Below are positions 48,618-57,792 of a DNA stretch of 64,000 bases, in pieces. The notes below the pieces were generated by a model. It saw only the letters and a list, made by a program, of their open reading frames with translations. It had not been told where the DNA came from and searched no databases. The stretch is from a virus. Each line of letters opens with the position of its first letter. Positions within the stretch are counted from its first letter, which is position 1. The stretch is from the IMG/VR virus record IMGVR_UViG_3300050821_003907, positions 64,001 through 128,000 of that record. One strand, given 5' to 3'. Made by a program: the position numbers and the translations under genes.

Positions 48618-50178
48618 ATGAACGAGAATTTCGGTGCTCCTGGTGGTTACTCTCCGGAAGAGATGATGGCTCTTGAAGGCTACACGCCGGAGAGGCTAGA
48701 GTCATTCCGTGAAGAGACTAAAGCGCGTGTTGAAGAGGCGCACCGCAAGTCACTAACGGATAAATTGCGTACCCAGAAGCCTGTAGTCCTGGCTGAGCAA
48801 GAGAAGCCTTTGCGTAACGTCACGGTCCTGCTGGGCAACGGCAAGCTCATCACTTTCCGCAAGGTGTCTGACCTTGACTTCGGCGTTAAGGGTGATGACG
48901 GATTCAGTGCCTTGTACTTGCTAGGTGAAGACGGTAATGTCATTGCCCAGTTCGAGCCTACAACATGGGCAGCTTACTACTACGCCGAGCACTGCCAGGG
49001 AATACAGTAAGCCGCTCGGCTGTTATCGTTGTCATGACTGTGCAGCAGCTACTCACTCAGCTCACCGGACTCGGCCTGGGCGGTCTTGACGAGAGCGATT
49101 CTCAAGTCGTGTTCAAGGACGGCACTCCGCTCACCACAGTGGCCACGGACCTTACCGGCAAGGTGATACTCTCATGAAGCGAACTGACCGAGAAAAGCAA
49201 GCACGAGACGTAGAGCGCCTGTATAAGCTTACAGAGCTGAACCAGGAGATGTACGGCATCACAGGTGATAGTGACCTGACTCATACGGATTACATTCACC
49301 TCGAAGTCCTTATCGAGAAGGCTTTCAGCCAAGGTGAGATGTTCGGTTACGATGACGGCTGGGCAGATGCCCCGGATGGATGGTAATCATGGAACTGCGT
49401 TATGCATTGTTCAGCTTCGCTGCGTTTGTCTGCGCGATGTCATCAATAATTACACTCGCCACGCAGAAGAACTCAGCAATCCGGGTGATTGCCACCATCC
49501 TGAACATGTTCATTATCTGGCTGCTAATCTGGGGCGCGTTGTCCTGATGTTGCATCCAGAACCCTACGATGTGTGCCGGGACTGCAATCACCCGCGTTCA
49601 GCTCATGGTTCTGCCACAGTAGACACAACTAGCAGTTGCTTCAGGTGCGGTTGCTGGGGATTTGAGGAAGAATGAACAAGTGTGATTACAACTTGCACAG
49701 GCCAGATGGCACGTGGGGACCTTGCAAGCAAGAAGCTGATTATGAACTAGCCTGGTGCAGCACTAAGATATACCTTTGTCGCGACCACTGGAGTAACTGA
49801 TGGCGGCTCATCCCGAGGTAGGCACTCCCGGTACTTGCCAGCGGCATGTTTACTGGGCGGGTGATAACGTAAGTTATCCTTGCGGTCAGCCGGGAACTCT
49901 TCAGCGCGACCCGTTCACCCGTGAAATCTGGGAGAGCGAAGACTACGTGTACTTCTGTGACTACCATTTCTCGGAGCGAGCAGATGATATATAACCAGGA
50001 CGGCAAGCTGAAGCTAGCCGGACGCTATCTCGCCACTAACGAGAAGTACGAGCAGTTCGTGACTGACGATGTTGATGAGCTGCACGAGTGGGTGAACGCA
50101 CAGCAGGGTCCGTGCCACATGCAAGACATCGGATTCTACCTAGGCCCTATCCTAGAGGACATGAACCGTGAACGTTGA
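48618..50178 (+). other. Run of small hypothetical ORFs (48618-49010, about 49034-49177, 49174-49386, several 60-110 aa Cys/His-rich ORFs, 49989-50178)
   Basis: Packed ORFs with coupled junctions; exact starts uncertain. Confidence 0.5.
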
Positions 50179-51556
50179 GCACATAGGCCACGCCGGTTTC
50201 ATCGTCACGTCAGGTGACAAGAAGCTAGTATGCGACCCGTGGTTTAACCCTGCGTTCCTTAAATCCTGGTTTCCGTGGCCTGATAACAGGCACCACATGG
50301 ACGCAGCGCGCACCGCTGACGCCTTGTACATCTCGCATGCACATGAGGACCACTTCGACCGTGAGTTCCTGAAGACGATGCCTGACAAGGGCATTGAGGT
50401 GCTGGTTCCCAGGTTCAGGTCTAGCTATCTTACTAAGGAAATCAAGGAGCTAGGCTTCATTAACGTCCACGAAATGGTCCACGGTTCTACGTACTGGCTG
50501 TTCAAGAACCTTGACGTGAAGATGCTCATTGACCAGTCACACAAGGAAGACTCTGCCCTTCTGTGTGAGGACCTTGAAACAGGTTATCGTTTTCTGAATA
50601 GCAACGATTGCGAGCTAGCTGCAAATGACTGGCCGCAGGACATAGACCTCCTGGCTGCTCAGTATTCTGGGGCGTTCTGGTATCCTCACTGCTATGATTA
50701 CACGCAGTCCCAGCAGGTTGCCAAGGCAAAGGAAGTCGTCAAGAACAATATCGACAGGCTTTGCCGTCGAATCAAGCTCACGGGCGCTAAGAAGTACTTG
50801 CCATCGGCTGGACCAGCTGTATTCCTGGACCCTGAACTGCGGCACTATAACTTCAGCGGTATCTTTCCTCAGTTTGTTGATGTAGAAGAGGAAATTGAGC
50901 GGCAATGCCCGGACATTACATTTCACAGCGCTATGCACGGCGGAATTTACTTCTTTGCTGATTACCTCCATGACCGGCGTCATGAGTGGCAGTCCTGGTT
51001 TTACGAAGACTATGCTCCGGCTGAATCTCACGAACTGGCAGCACATTTCCGTAATCTTGAGCGGACTAACAGCGTGTTCCTGCAAGATTATCGCACCGAC
51101 CTGGCTATCTACTCCGGACGAGATGACTGGCAGGTACAGCTAGGCGTGGTGAAGGGTGAGCTTGAGGAAAGCTTTGACCCGCACTATTTCATGAACGTGC
51201 CACCGCGTGTGCTGCGAGCTGTGCTGGACGGACGGGCTACGTGGGAGACGGCGCTGCTGTCCAATCGCATTAAGCTCAAGCGCAACCCTGATAAGTACGA
51301 TTATAAGCTCATGGGACTGCTTAGCTTCGGAGACCGGCCTGCTCAGACTCGTGCCATGCACCGAGCGCAGCGGGCTAGCGAGACCATTACCCGCGACGGC
51401 CTTATCCTGCCCAGGTATTGCCCCCATGCTGGGGAGGATTTGTCTATCGCAACTATCTGCGATGGTGTTATTGAATGCCCTCGGCATAACTGGTCTTGGA
51501 CAACCTCAGGTGAATGTATTACCGCGCAAATTCCCATTGAGGTGAGAAAAGCATAG
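50168..51556 (+). CDS. namH: NamH-like (CMAH superfamily) metallo-beta-lactamase-fold hydroxylase with C-terminal Rieske [2Fe-2S] domain
   Basis: GHAGF, CDPWFNPAF..SWFPWPDN, HAHEDH (HxHxDH), QYSGAFWYP..YD, PSAGPAVFLDPELRHYN; Rieske RYCPH...IECPRHNW. Motif order matches my recollection of M. tuberculosis Rv3818. Confidence 0.8.
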   Translation: MNVEHIGHAGFIVTSGDKKLVCDPWFNPAFLKSWFPWPDNRHHMDAARTADALYISHAHEDHFDREFLKTMPDKGIEVLVPRFRSSYLTKEIKELGFINVHEMVHGSTYWLFKNLDVKMLIDQSHKEDSALLCEDLETGYRFLNSNDCELAANDWPQDIDLLAAQYSGAFWYPHCYDYTQSQQVAKAKEVVKNNIDRLCRRIKLTGAKKYLPSAGPAVFLDPELRHYNFSGIFPQFVDVEEEIERQCPDITFHSAMHGGIYFFADYLHDRRHEWQSWFYEDYAPAESHELAAHFRNLERTNSVFLQDYRTDLAIYSGRDDWQVQLGVVKGELEESFDPHYFMNVPPRVLRAVLDGRATWETALLSNRIKLKRNPDKYDYKLMGLLSFGDRPAQTRAMHRAQRASETITRDGLILPRYCPHAGEDLSIATICDGVIECPRHNWSWTTSGECITAQIPIEVRKA

Positions 51557-51565
51557 AATTGGGGT

Positions 51566-51994
51566 ATGAACTTCGCGTGGTACTTCGTCGTTTACCACTG
51601 GCTGGAGCTGAATGGCTTCTACAGGGACATCCTGGCCAGTGTTATTGGCCTTGGCGCTGCGCGTACCATAGCGGCACGTCCCCTGCGGGGCGTAAAGGCA
51701 TCTCAGGCACGTCAAGAGGACCTTCTGGATACCAAAACCCCTGGCGGTCTTGCTGAGGTTCACGCGGAACTCAAGGCTTTGCGTCACCTTCTGAGTGACA
51801 CCAGCGAAACCAGTCAAGGGCATGAAGACGAAGACGAGACGCCGGAAATGGACGACAAGGACAAGGGCGGGGAATCTAGCGGCAAGCGAGGCTGGCTTAC
51901 CCAGTATCGCAGGTCCCGTAAGGGACACGGTGGAGCGGGCGTTCCTGAGGCTCCCCGGGAGCCTCCGCATTTTCTGCCGCCAGGGCACCGCTAA
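51566..51994 (+). CDS. Membrane-associated hypothetical protein
   Basis: Hydrophobic N-terminus; LLDTKTPGGLAEV motif; charged tail. Confidence 0.55.
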   Translation: MNFAWYFVVYHWLELNGFYRDILASVIGLGAARTIAARPLRGVKASQARQEDLLDTKTPGGLAEVHAELKALRHLLSDTSETSQGHEDEDETPEMDDKDKGGESSGKRGWLTQYRRSRKGHGGAGVPEAPREPPHFLPPGHR

Positions 51995-52731
51995 TGACTT
52001 CTAAGTACGAAAAATTGTGCGTCAGATGTAATCAAGTATTTACTACTCTGGATAAAAGACAACGTTATTGCAGTAAAGAGTGTTGGTACTCACATAATAG
52101 TACTGAGGTACTAACTTATACAGAAGCTAAGATTTATTTGAGCAGTATAAAGGCTGCACGAGGTTGCGAGAATTGCGGTTACTGTAATCCGATTGCCTTG
52201 GATTTTGACCACGTTGACCGCTCAACCAAGCTAGCTCCTCTAGCACGTTTGTCTAGAACTAGCGTGAAACAATCAGTGTTGCAGGAAGAATTGGCTAAAT
52301 GTATGGTCTTGTGTGCGAACTGTCACGTCATTAAGACAAGGGATAATCAAGATTGGCGCCGTCCCAGTAAGCGCATTATTTGCGGATTCCTTATAGCAGG
52401 AACAGACTTGTGCCAGTTGAGTTCAGGACATAGTGGCGGTCATAGGCGAATTAGTTCTAGCACTAATACTAATAGTCGCAGAAAGGAGCGCCGTATTTGG
52501 GTAGACGCGCTTAAACTAGCGGCGGCCTGTACAGACTGCGGCTACGATACTGATGCTAGGGCGCTACAGTTTGACCACGTAAATCGTGGTGATAAACTAC
52601 TACCGGTGGCGTCGATGCTTCATTATGACGAAGAGCGTTTGCGCGCTGAAATCGCTAAATGTGTAATTCGCTGTGCTAACTGTCACAGGCTTAAGACAAA
52701 GGCAGGAGGTGAGTATAGGCATGGCTTCTAA
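51994..52731 (+). CDS. Protein with two tandem HNH endonuclease domains
   Basis: GCENCG...LDFDHVD...ELAKCMVLCANCH and ACTDCG...LQFDHVN...EIAKCVIRCANCH. Confidence 0.8.
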   Translation: MTSKYEKLCVRCNQVFTTLDKRQRYCSKECWYSHNSTEVLTYTEAKIYLSSIKAARGCENCGYCNPIALDFDHVDRSTKLAPLARLSRTSVKQSVLQEELAKCMVLCANCHVIKTRDNQDWRRPSKRIICGFLIAGTDLCQLSSGHSGGHRRISSSTNTNSRRKERRIWVDALKLAAACTDCGYDTDARALQFDHVNRGDKLLPVASMLHYDEERLRAEIAKCVIRCANCHRLKTKAGGEYRHGF

Positions 52732-53086
52732 GTATGCTTCCGGTTCTGTTTACAGGCGGATGGCAAAGTTCGTTTTCGAGCGCTGGGGAGACCGTTGCCA
52801 CTTACACCTTTGCACGCACCACAATGCCCGGCACCTGGACCATGTTGAGCCGCAGACTGAGAACGAAGCACGCAAGCATGACGTGACTAACCTACGGCCA
52901 GTGCATGGCTCGCCAGGGAATCCCTGCCGTGAGTGCTCACAAGCTGCGGGCAAGAACATCTACTGTAATCAAATCAGGGGTGGGTACACCATTGACCGGG
53001 CCATACGGAAGCTGCGAGAGCTTACGGGGCTGCCGATTCCTGACTACGGAAAACCTGCTCAGCAGCCCCGTGCACGCGAGTGGTAA
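52721..53086 (+). CDS. HNH endonuclease
   Basis: RWGDRCHL.LC...LDHVEP...NLRPVH...C..C...CNQIRG; GGAGGTG SD before ATG 52721. Confidence 0.7.
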   Translation: MASKYASGSVYRRMAKFVFERWGDRCHLHLCTHHNARHLDHVEPQTENEARKHDVTNLRPVHGSPGNPCRECSQAAGKNIYCNQIRGGYTIDRAIRKLRELTGLPIPDYGKPAQQPRAREW

Positions 53087-53410
53087 CTAGATTGCTACTA
53101 GCGTGGGTACGCCGTACTCATCACTGAGGTCAATCCAGTAGCCGCGAAGGCAGCCGATGATAATTCCGGCCTGCTCAGGATGTGCACGCTGCACGTCCTT
53201 CAGCCACGCCTCACTCATGTGCCAGCGCTGCGCGACCACCTAGAGGATGAGCTGGAAAAAGCTGCTGACGAAGGACTCCGTTGGCTGGACGACAGCTTTC
53301 GCCACGTAGAATTCAATCTCGTCCTTGGTATACCAGTAAGGCCCAACGTACTTCCGGTAGACGCAGTTCTTGTCAGCAGCCTTGAATTCCTGGGGCCTGA
53401 TGCGTGCCAT
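53087..53410 (-). CDS. Two in-frame small ORFs (53240-53410 and 53087-53239) separated by a single TAG
   Basis: TGATG-coupled start at 53410; MARIRPQ...FQLIL, TAG, then VVAQRW...LVAI, TAG. Confidence 0.4.
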
Positions 53411-53778
53411 CAGGCGATGTCTCTGTACGTCTTGCCTGTGATGACCTGGCGAATTGAGCTGCGTGACGGCATGTTCGGCTGCTTGGAAATCTGCCAGTCG
53501 CTCAGCCCTTGAGAATTCAGCCGCTTGATTTCCCGCACGGTATCATCACTCATCGCACGGTCCTTGCGCGCCTTAATTGGCTTGCTGTGACTAATGCCAT
53601 TAAGCACGTTGTAGATTGTAGACGGGTTCACGTCATACTCCCTGGCGAGTGCCGTTACCCCGGCAGCTTGTCGCAGGACCTTAATCATTTCGGCGTCATT
53701 TGTAGTAAGCTTACGGCTCATGTCACGAAACCCTTCCTCATCCGCAATAGTTAATTCCCTGTGGTAGGCTTGCGCCAT
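53410..53778 (-). CDS. Protein with two helix-turn-helix modules
   Basis: GVTALAREYDVNPSTIYNVLNG and GLSDWQISKQPNMPSRSSIRQVITG. Confidence 0.7.
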   Translation of the reverse strand: MAQAYHRELTIADEEGFRDMSRKLTTNDAEMIKVLRQAAGVTALAREYDVNPSTIYNVLNGISHSKPIKARKDRAMSDDTVREIKRLNSQGLSDWQISKQPNMPSRSSIRQVITGKTYRDIA

Positions 53779-54305
53779 GGATGTAATGCACTTGGTTCAG
53801 AACCCTGTGATGGACCCCATTGACCTTTGTGAATACCCCGTGGAAGTGTCGCAGAACATAGGACTCAGGCTTGCGGCTGCTGAAGGACTTACTGAAGCAG
53901 AGGCACTAGACGCTTTCATTGAAGCCCTTCCTGACACCGTGACCACCGATAAAGGTGACATCCGCCTTATGTTCGTGGTGAGCTAGGAGCGACATGAGCG
54001 ATACTCTTGACGACAATCCCGGTGGCGCAACTAAGTTCACGCTGCCGTACATAGAAAAGGTGCTAGGGAAGTTCCCGTTCATCGGAGTCAGTGAGCGTGA
54101 CCAGATTCTGGCTAACCTCAAGGATGGTAAGCAAGTGCTCATGCACCTGGAGGGACGTCCTGACAAGGAATGCTTCCTGATGATTGTCAAGGTAGGTGAC
54201 GGGCTTTACGGCGCTAAGACGATGCCTCATGACATCGGGCAAGCACTACTTGCAGCCAACGAAATCCTGTTTTCCCTAGAGCAACCTGATGAGCCTGAAG
54301 AGTAA
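53777..54305 (+). other. Two small ORFs (53777-53986, 53994-54305)
   Basis: Divergent from the HTH gene; TAGGAG stop/SD overlap between them. Confidence 0.55.
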
Positions 54306-54500
54306 TTCACAGGGACGCGTATCCACTTTCCGTAGAGCCTCACATGCCAGCAACGATTCTCAACTCAGTCAGTTCATCCTGCTCAGCAAAGCAGGTGGCA
54401 CCGAACTAACGAGGAAAACCTTCACCGATACTTTCCCTACCCGAAGCAAGTGGCTGTTGTAAGCGGCGAAAGGAGGAAGACCGCCCGCGCCCCTGTGAAT
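54305..54500 (-). ncRNA. Candidate ~196-nt structured non-coding RNA with anti-SD loop
   Basis: 15-bp terminal stem plus several internal stems whose G-U pairs all favour the - strand; lies between convergent genes. Confidence 0.6.
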
Positions 54501-54514
54501 ATTAACCCAGCTTG

Positions 54515-57355
54515 TTAGCTGGAAGCATCGCGACGGTAAACTAGCGTCGGCTTATGGACTTCAAAAAACTTCTCGATGGGACGAGCTCCGACTACAGCGG
54601 GCACGGAACTGTAGGTAACCGAGCAAGACGTGAAGCACTCAATGACAAATCCATCACAACTAGCCCACGCCTTGCGCACGTACCAGTCAATGCCTCCGCT
54701 GCCGCGCCAGACATCGCCTACCTTGACCTCAGGCTGGACTTTATCCATCATGGCGTAAGGCAGAAACGCTTGGCGAGGCGCAGTTTCGGAATGGGAAACA
54801 GTAACCCAGGCACCGGTACTGCCAGGCATGTCAATCTTAGTGCGAAACTCCTTGATGACGACCTCGTCACCTTCGCTGAATGCGTCTGTCATGATTGCTC
54901 CCCTTCTAGCATTACTTCCCCATCCGCGCCAAATCGCTTGACCAGGACCCTCTCGCCACCGTACAACGCGAAGATGACCTGGCTTATTCCGGCGTTCTTG
55001 GCTAGCATCTGCGCGTCCCTGAGGGCCTGCGTGACGCCCTTGAGCGTGCCGGGGTATATCGTGACGCTCGGCCATGGACAGGGCTTCTCCGTGCCGCTAC
55101 GACGCATGTATCGGTCAGGCTTAGACTCCGACACGCGCCAGCTCGTCCGGTACTAGCTCTCCGTCACGGAAGCGCCAGTTCTGCCCGTAGTAATTGGCGT
55201 ACTTCTCAGGACCCTCATTATCCAGCATCTCTTCAATAGCTAGCATCACCTCTAGGGCCTCTTCAACGATGAAGCCCATGACCGATACCTGCCACAACTC
55301 ATGCTCTAGGCCGCCAGCACGGTTCCAGCGCTTGCTGCTGGAATGGATGAACACCGTTGGACCGCCCCAGATATTGTTGGATATGTCTGCCGCGTAATCG
55401 TAGGAAACTTCTGCCGTGCGCACGTTAATAGCTTGCAGGTGCCCAGTGCATGAGTCCCATAGGCTGGAAAGAACAGGTGCACGGAACATGCGTTCAGTCA
55501 TTAAAACGGATATCCAATCGGGAATACCTTCTTGAAAAGCTCTCGTGCTTCGGTAATAGGCTCAGGCGCGTGAGTGTGAGGATTGAATGTACGGTCTGAA
55601 CGAATCAGATTGTCGGCTACACACATGTCGTATGCCTTAGCTAGTTCGTGCAATCGCCTACGGATAAGTGCGGCATCATTGCCTGCGCTACGGTTACCGT
55701 GTGGCTTTACGCGAATAATGATGTAGCACTCTTCGTTAGTCACGGTAGCTCCTTAATGCCCAATGCCGCTACCCAGCCATCAAACTCCCTGTGCCACGAG
55801 GGTGCGTTGGACCGGGAGCTGAACTCAGCACTGATGTCAATATAGTCTTCTCTTGCCTGCGCAAGCAATCTCGCAAGAGCTTCTTTGTCAACGCTAACGC
55901 GACTCATTTGCACTCCTCAGTCGCTTGGTAAGTTCTTCTTGCATGTACTCGTAGCCTCGTGGCAGTGGACGCGTCAGGCTGTGTTCCTTTAGCATGTGCA
56001 CGCACAGCTCTACTTCACAGTCAGCATCACTTTGAAAACGTCCGCACTGCCAGTCCCAGTCACACTGCTGTATACCGTTATCATCTTCACTAAGGTCACA
56101 GTAGGCTTCATACGCGGTGTAAGGCTCAACAGGCATGATTCTCCTAATTACAGTACTTGTAGCCCGACACTTCCACCAGGAAACCGCCTTGGACAGCGCG
56201 CTCCATCAGGTAGTCCACCGTGCCAGCTTCTGAATACTCGTCCAGGCCAGCAGGGATTCGCAGGTTACGGCTAGTGGTGCTGTTGACAATGCCCGGCGCG
56301 GAGAACGCTACGTTGATTGTCTTGACGTTCTCAGTGAGAGACAACGGCTCATCACATCCGCAATTCTGACAGGTGAAACCCTCAGGTGGCAGGTAAAAGC
56401 ACTTATGGCACGATGCCTTGACTTCCCACTCACGTACATCAAAGGCGCTAGCGATGGCTGCCAGCGGCGGCGGGTAGCGCGTGCCCTTTTCCATGCGCAG
56501 GATGTGGCTCTTGTGCACGCCACCTAGCAGCATTCCTACAGCCGCCAGTGACATCTTGTTCTCAGTGCGCAGACGCCGCAGGGAACGACGTGCCAGCTCT
56601 TGGTCTTGCTGAAGCTTATCCATAGTGGTCCTTATTACATGCCGTGAGTGAGTCCGTCTGCGGTTCTTACAGTAAGCTTCAAACCCGACGGCATCGTTTT
56701 TAGCTCTATGAGGGTAAAGTCTCCGTAATCCATCACGAGGTCTAGGTAGGCTAGTAGACTGCTGACTTTTTGTCGAATTTCCAGGTCGTAACTGTACCAG
56801 TCATACGCCACGAATTCCGTGTCAGGCAAGTCATCGTCACCATGCACGGGACTGAAAAGTACCGCAGCGCCTTGAGGTGCATTATGCGAGATGCCGTTAT
56901 CGTCTACACCCCCAACATGGAACCCGAACTGGTATTTCACCAGCTCTATCATTCGAACTTCTCCACTCCGAGGAACAACGGGCCTAGCTCAATGTGAAGC
57001 CAGTACACCGAACTGTTAAAGCTGATGTAGAGGTGGACCCAGTCGCGCCAGCTTCTGTTACGAACAGGACTCGTAGCCAGAGGTGACCAGTACGCGTAAG
57101 AGTGCCCTTTAGTGAGGACAATTTCAGGTTTCACGTTAGCGCTTTCCTTCCCTCAGTGCCCAGCACCGCTATCTCCACGAGCCGCATGGTGTAGACGTGC
57201 TCCAGGGCACCGCGCATAGTGCGCTTCCAGTAATCACTCACGCCGTACTGGTTGCACTCAGGGTTAACGCAGAACCACTCCCAGCGCATTCCCGGCTTGT
57301 ACCGTTCACCCCGGCGCTTGCGCACATGACAGTGGTGCTCGTGGTCCCAGTGCAT
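54515..57355 (-). other. Run of small hypothetical ORFs (54515-54892, 54889-55134, 55121-55501, 55501-55743, 55894-56136, 56635-56952, 56949-57134, 57131-57355 and others)
   Basis: Dense coupled ORFs typical of a phage early/accessory region. Confidence 0.6.
56144..56623 (-). CDS. XRE-like HTH protein with zinc ribbon
   Basis: LRRLRTENKMSLAAVGMLLGGVHKSHILRMEKG + CHKC...CQNC. Confidence 0.7.
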   Translation of the reverse strand: MDKLQQDQELARRSLRRLRTENKMSLAAVGMLLGGVHKSHILRMEKGTRYPPPLAAIASAFDVREWEVKASCHKCFYLPPEGFTCQNCGCDEPLSLTENVKTINVAFSAPGIVNSTTSRNLRIPAGLDEYSEAGTVDYLMERAVQGGFLVEVSGYKYCN

Positions 57356-57792
57356 TACTGCACATCCCAGGGTAGCTCTTCCTGGTTCTCCAGGAGCCGC
57401 TTGATGGCAGGTTCTGCGGGCATGTAATTCGGGCCCTTGAGAATCTTGCCGTCATCGCGCAGGAGAGGCTGGCAGTCTGGCCCAATCTTAGACATGTTCG
57501 ACAGGTGGACTAGCCGCAGGACTTCATCCAGGTTAATGCCGTAAGTAATCGCAGTCCCGTAGGCTACGTACACGACGTCAGCTAGTTCCTTGGCAATAGC
57601 CACGAGTTCATCTGACTCAAGAGCCTCAACAAGCTCACGCGTTTCCTCCCACTGAAGAGATGAACGCAGGCTTATCTCCTGGTTGTCAATGTTTGCGGGC
57701 TGCGCGGGCGTGTTGCGCATGGGCAGGTCGAACATCGCGTGGAAGTTAGCGACTTCCCAGGCCACATCGGACACACCATCTGGTGTAGGCAT
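57355..57792 (-). CDS. MazG-superfamily NTP pyrophosphohydrolase (PRA-PH-like)
   Basis: VANFHAMF...WEETRELVEA...KELADVVYVAYG...VHLSNMSK...DGKILKGPNY. Confidence 0.85.
   Translation of the reverse strand: MPTPDGVSDVAWEVANFHAMFDLPMRNTPAQPANIDNQEISLRSSLQWEETRELVEALESDELVAIAKELADVVYVAYGTAITYGINLDEVLRLVHLSNMSKIGPDCQPLLRDDGKILKGPNYMPAEPAIKRLLENQEELPWDVQ

Noticed and set aside
54305-54500. tmRNA, RNase P RNA or cobalamin riboswitch (GAGGAAAACC and AGGGAA...CGGTG fragments)
   Set aside because: Partner motifs are missing (no tRNA-like ends or tag ORF, no P4 3' strand, no B12 box), and the element sits between convergent gene ends rather than in a leader.
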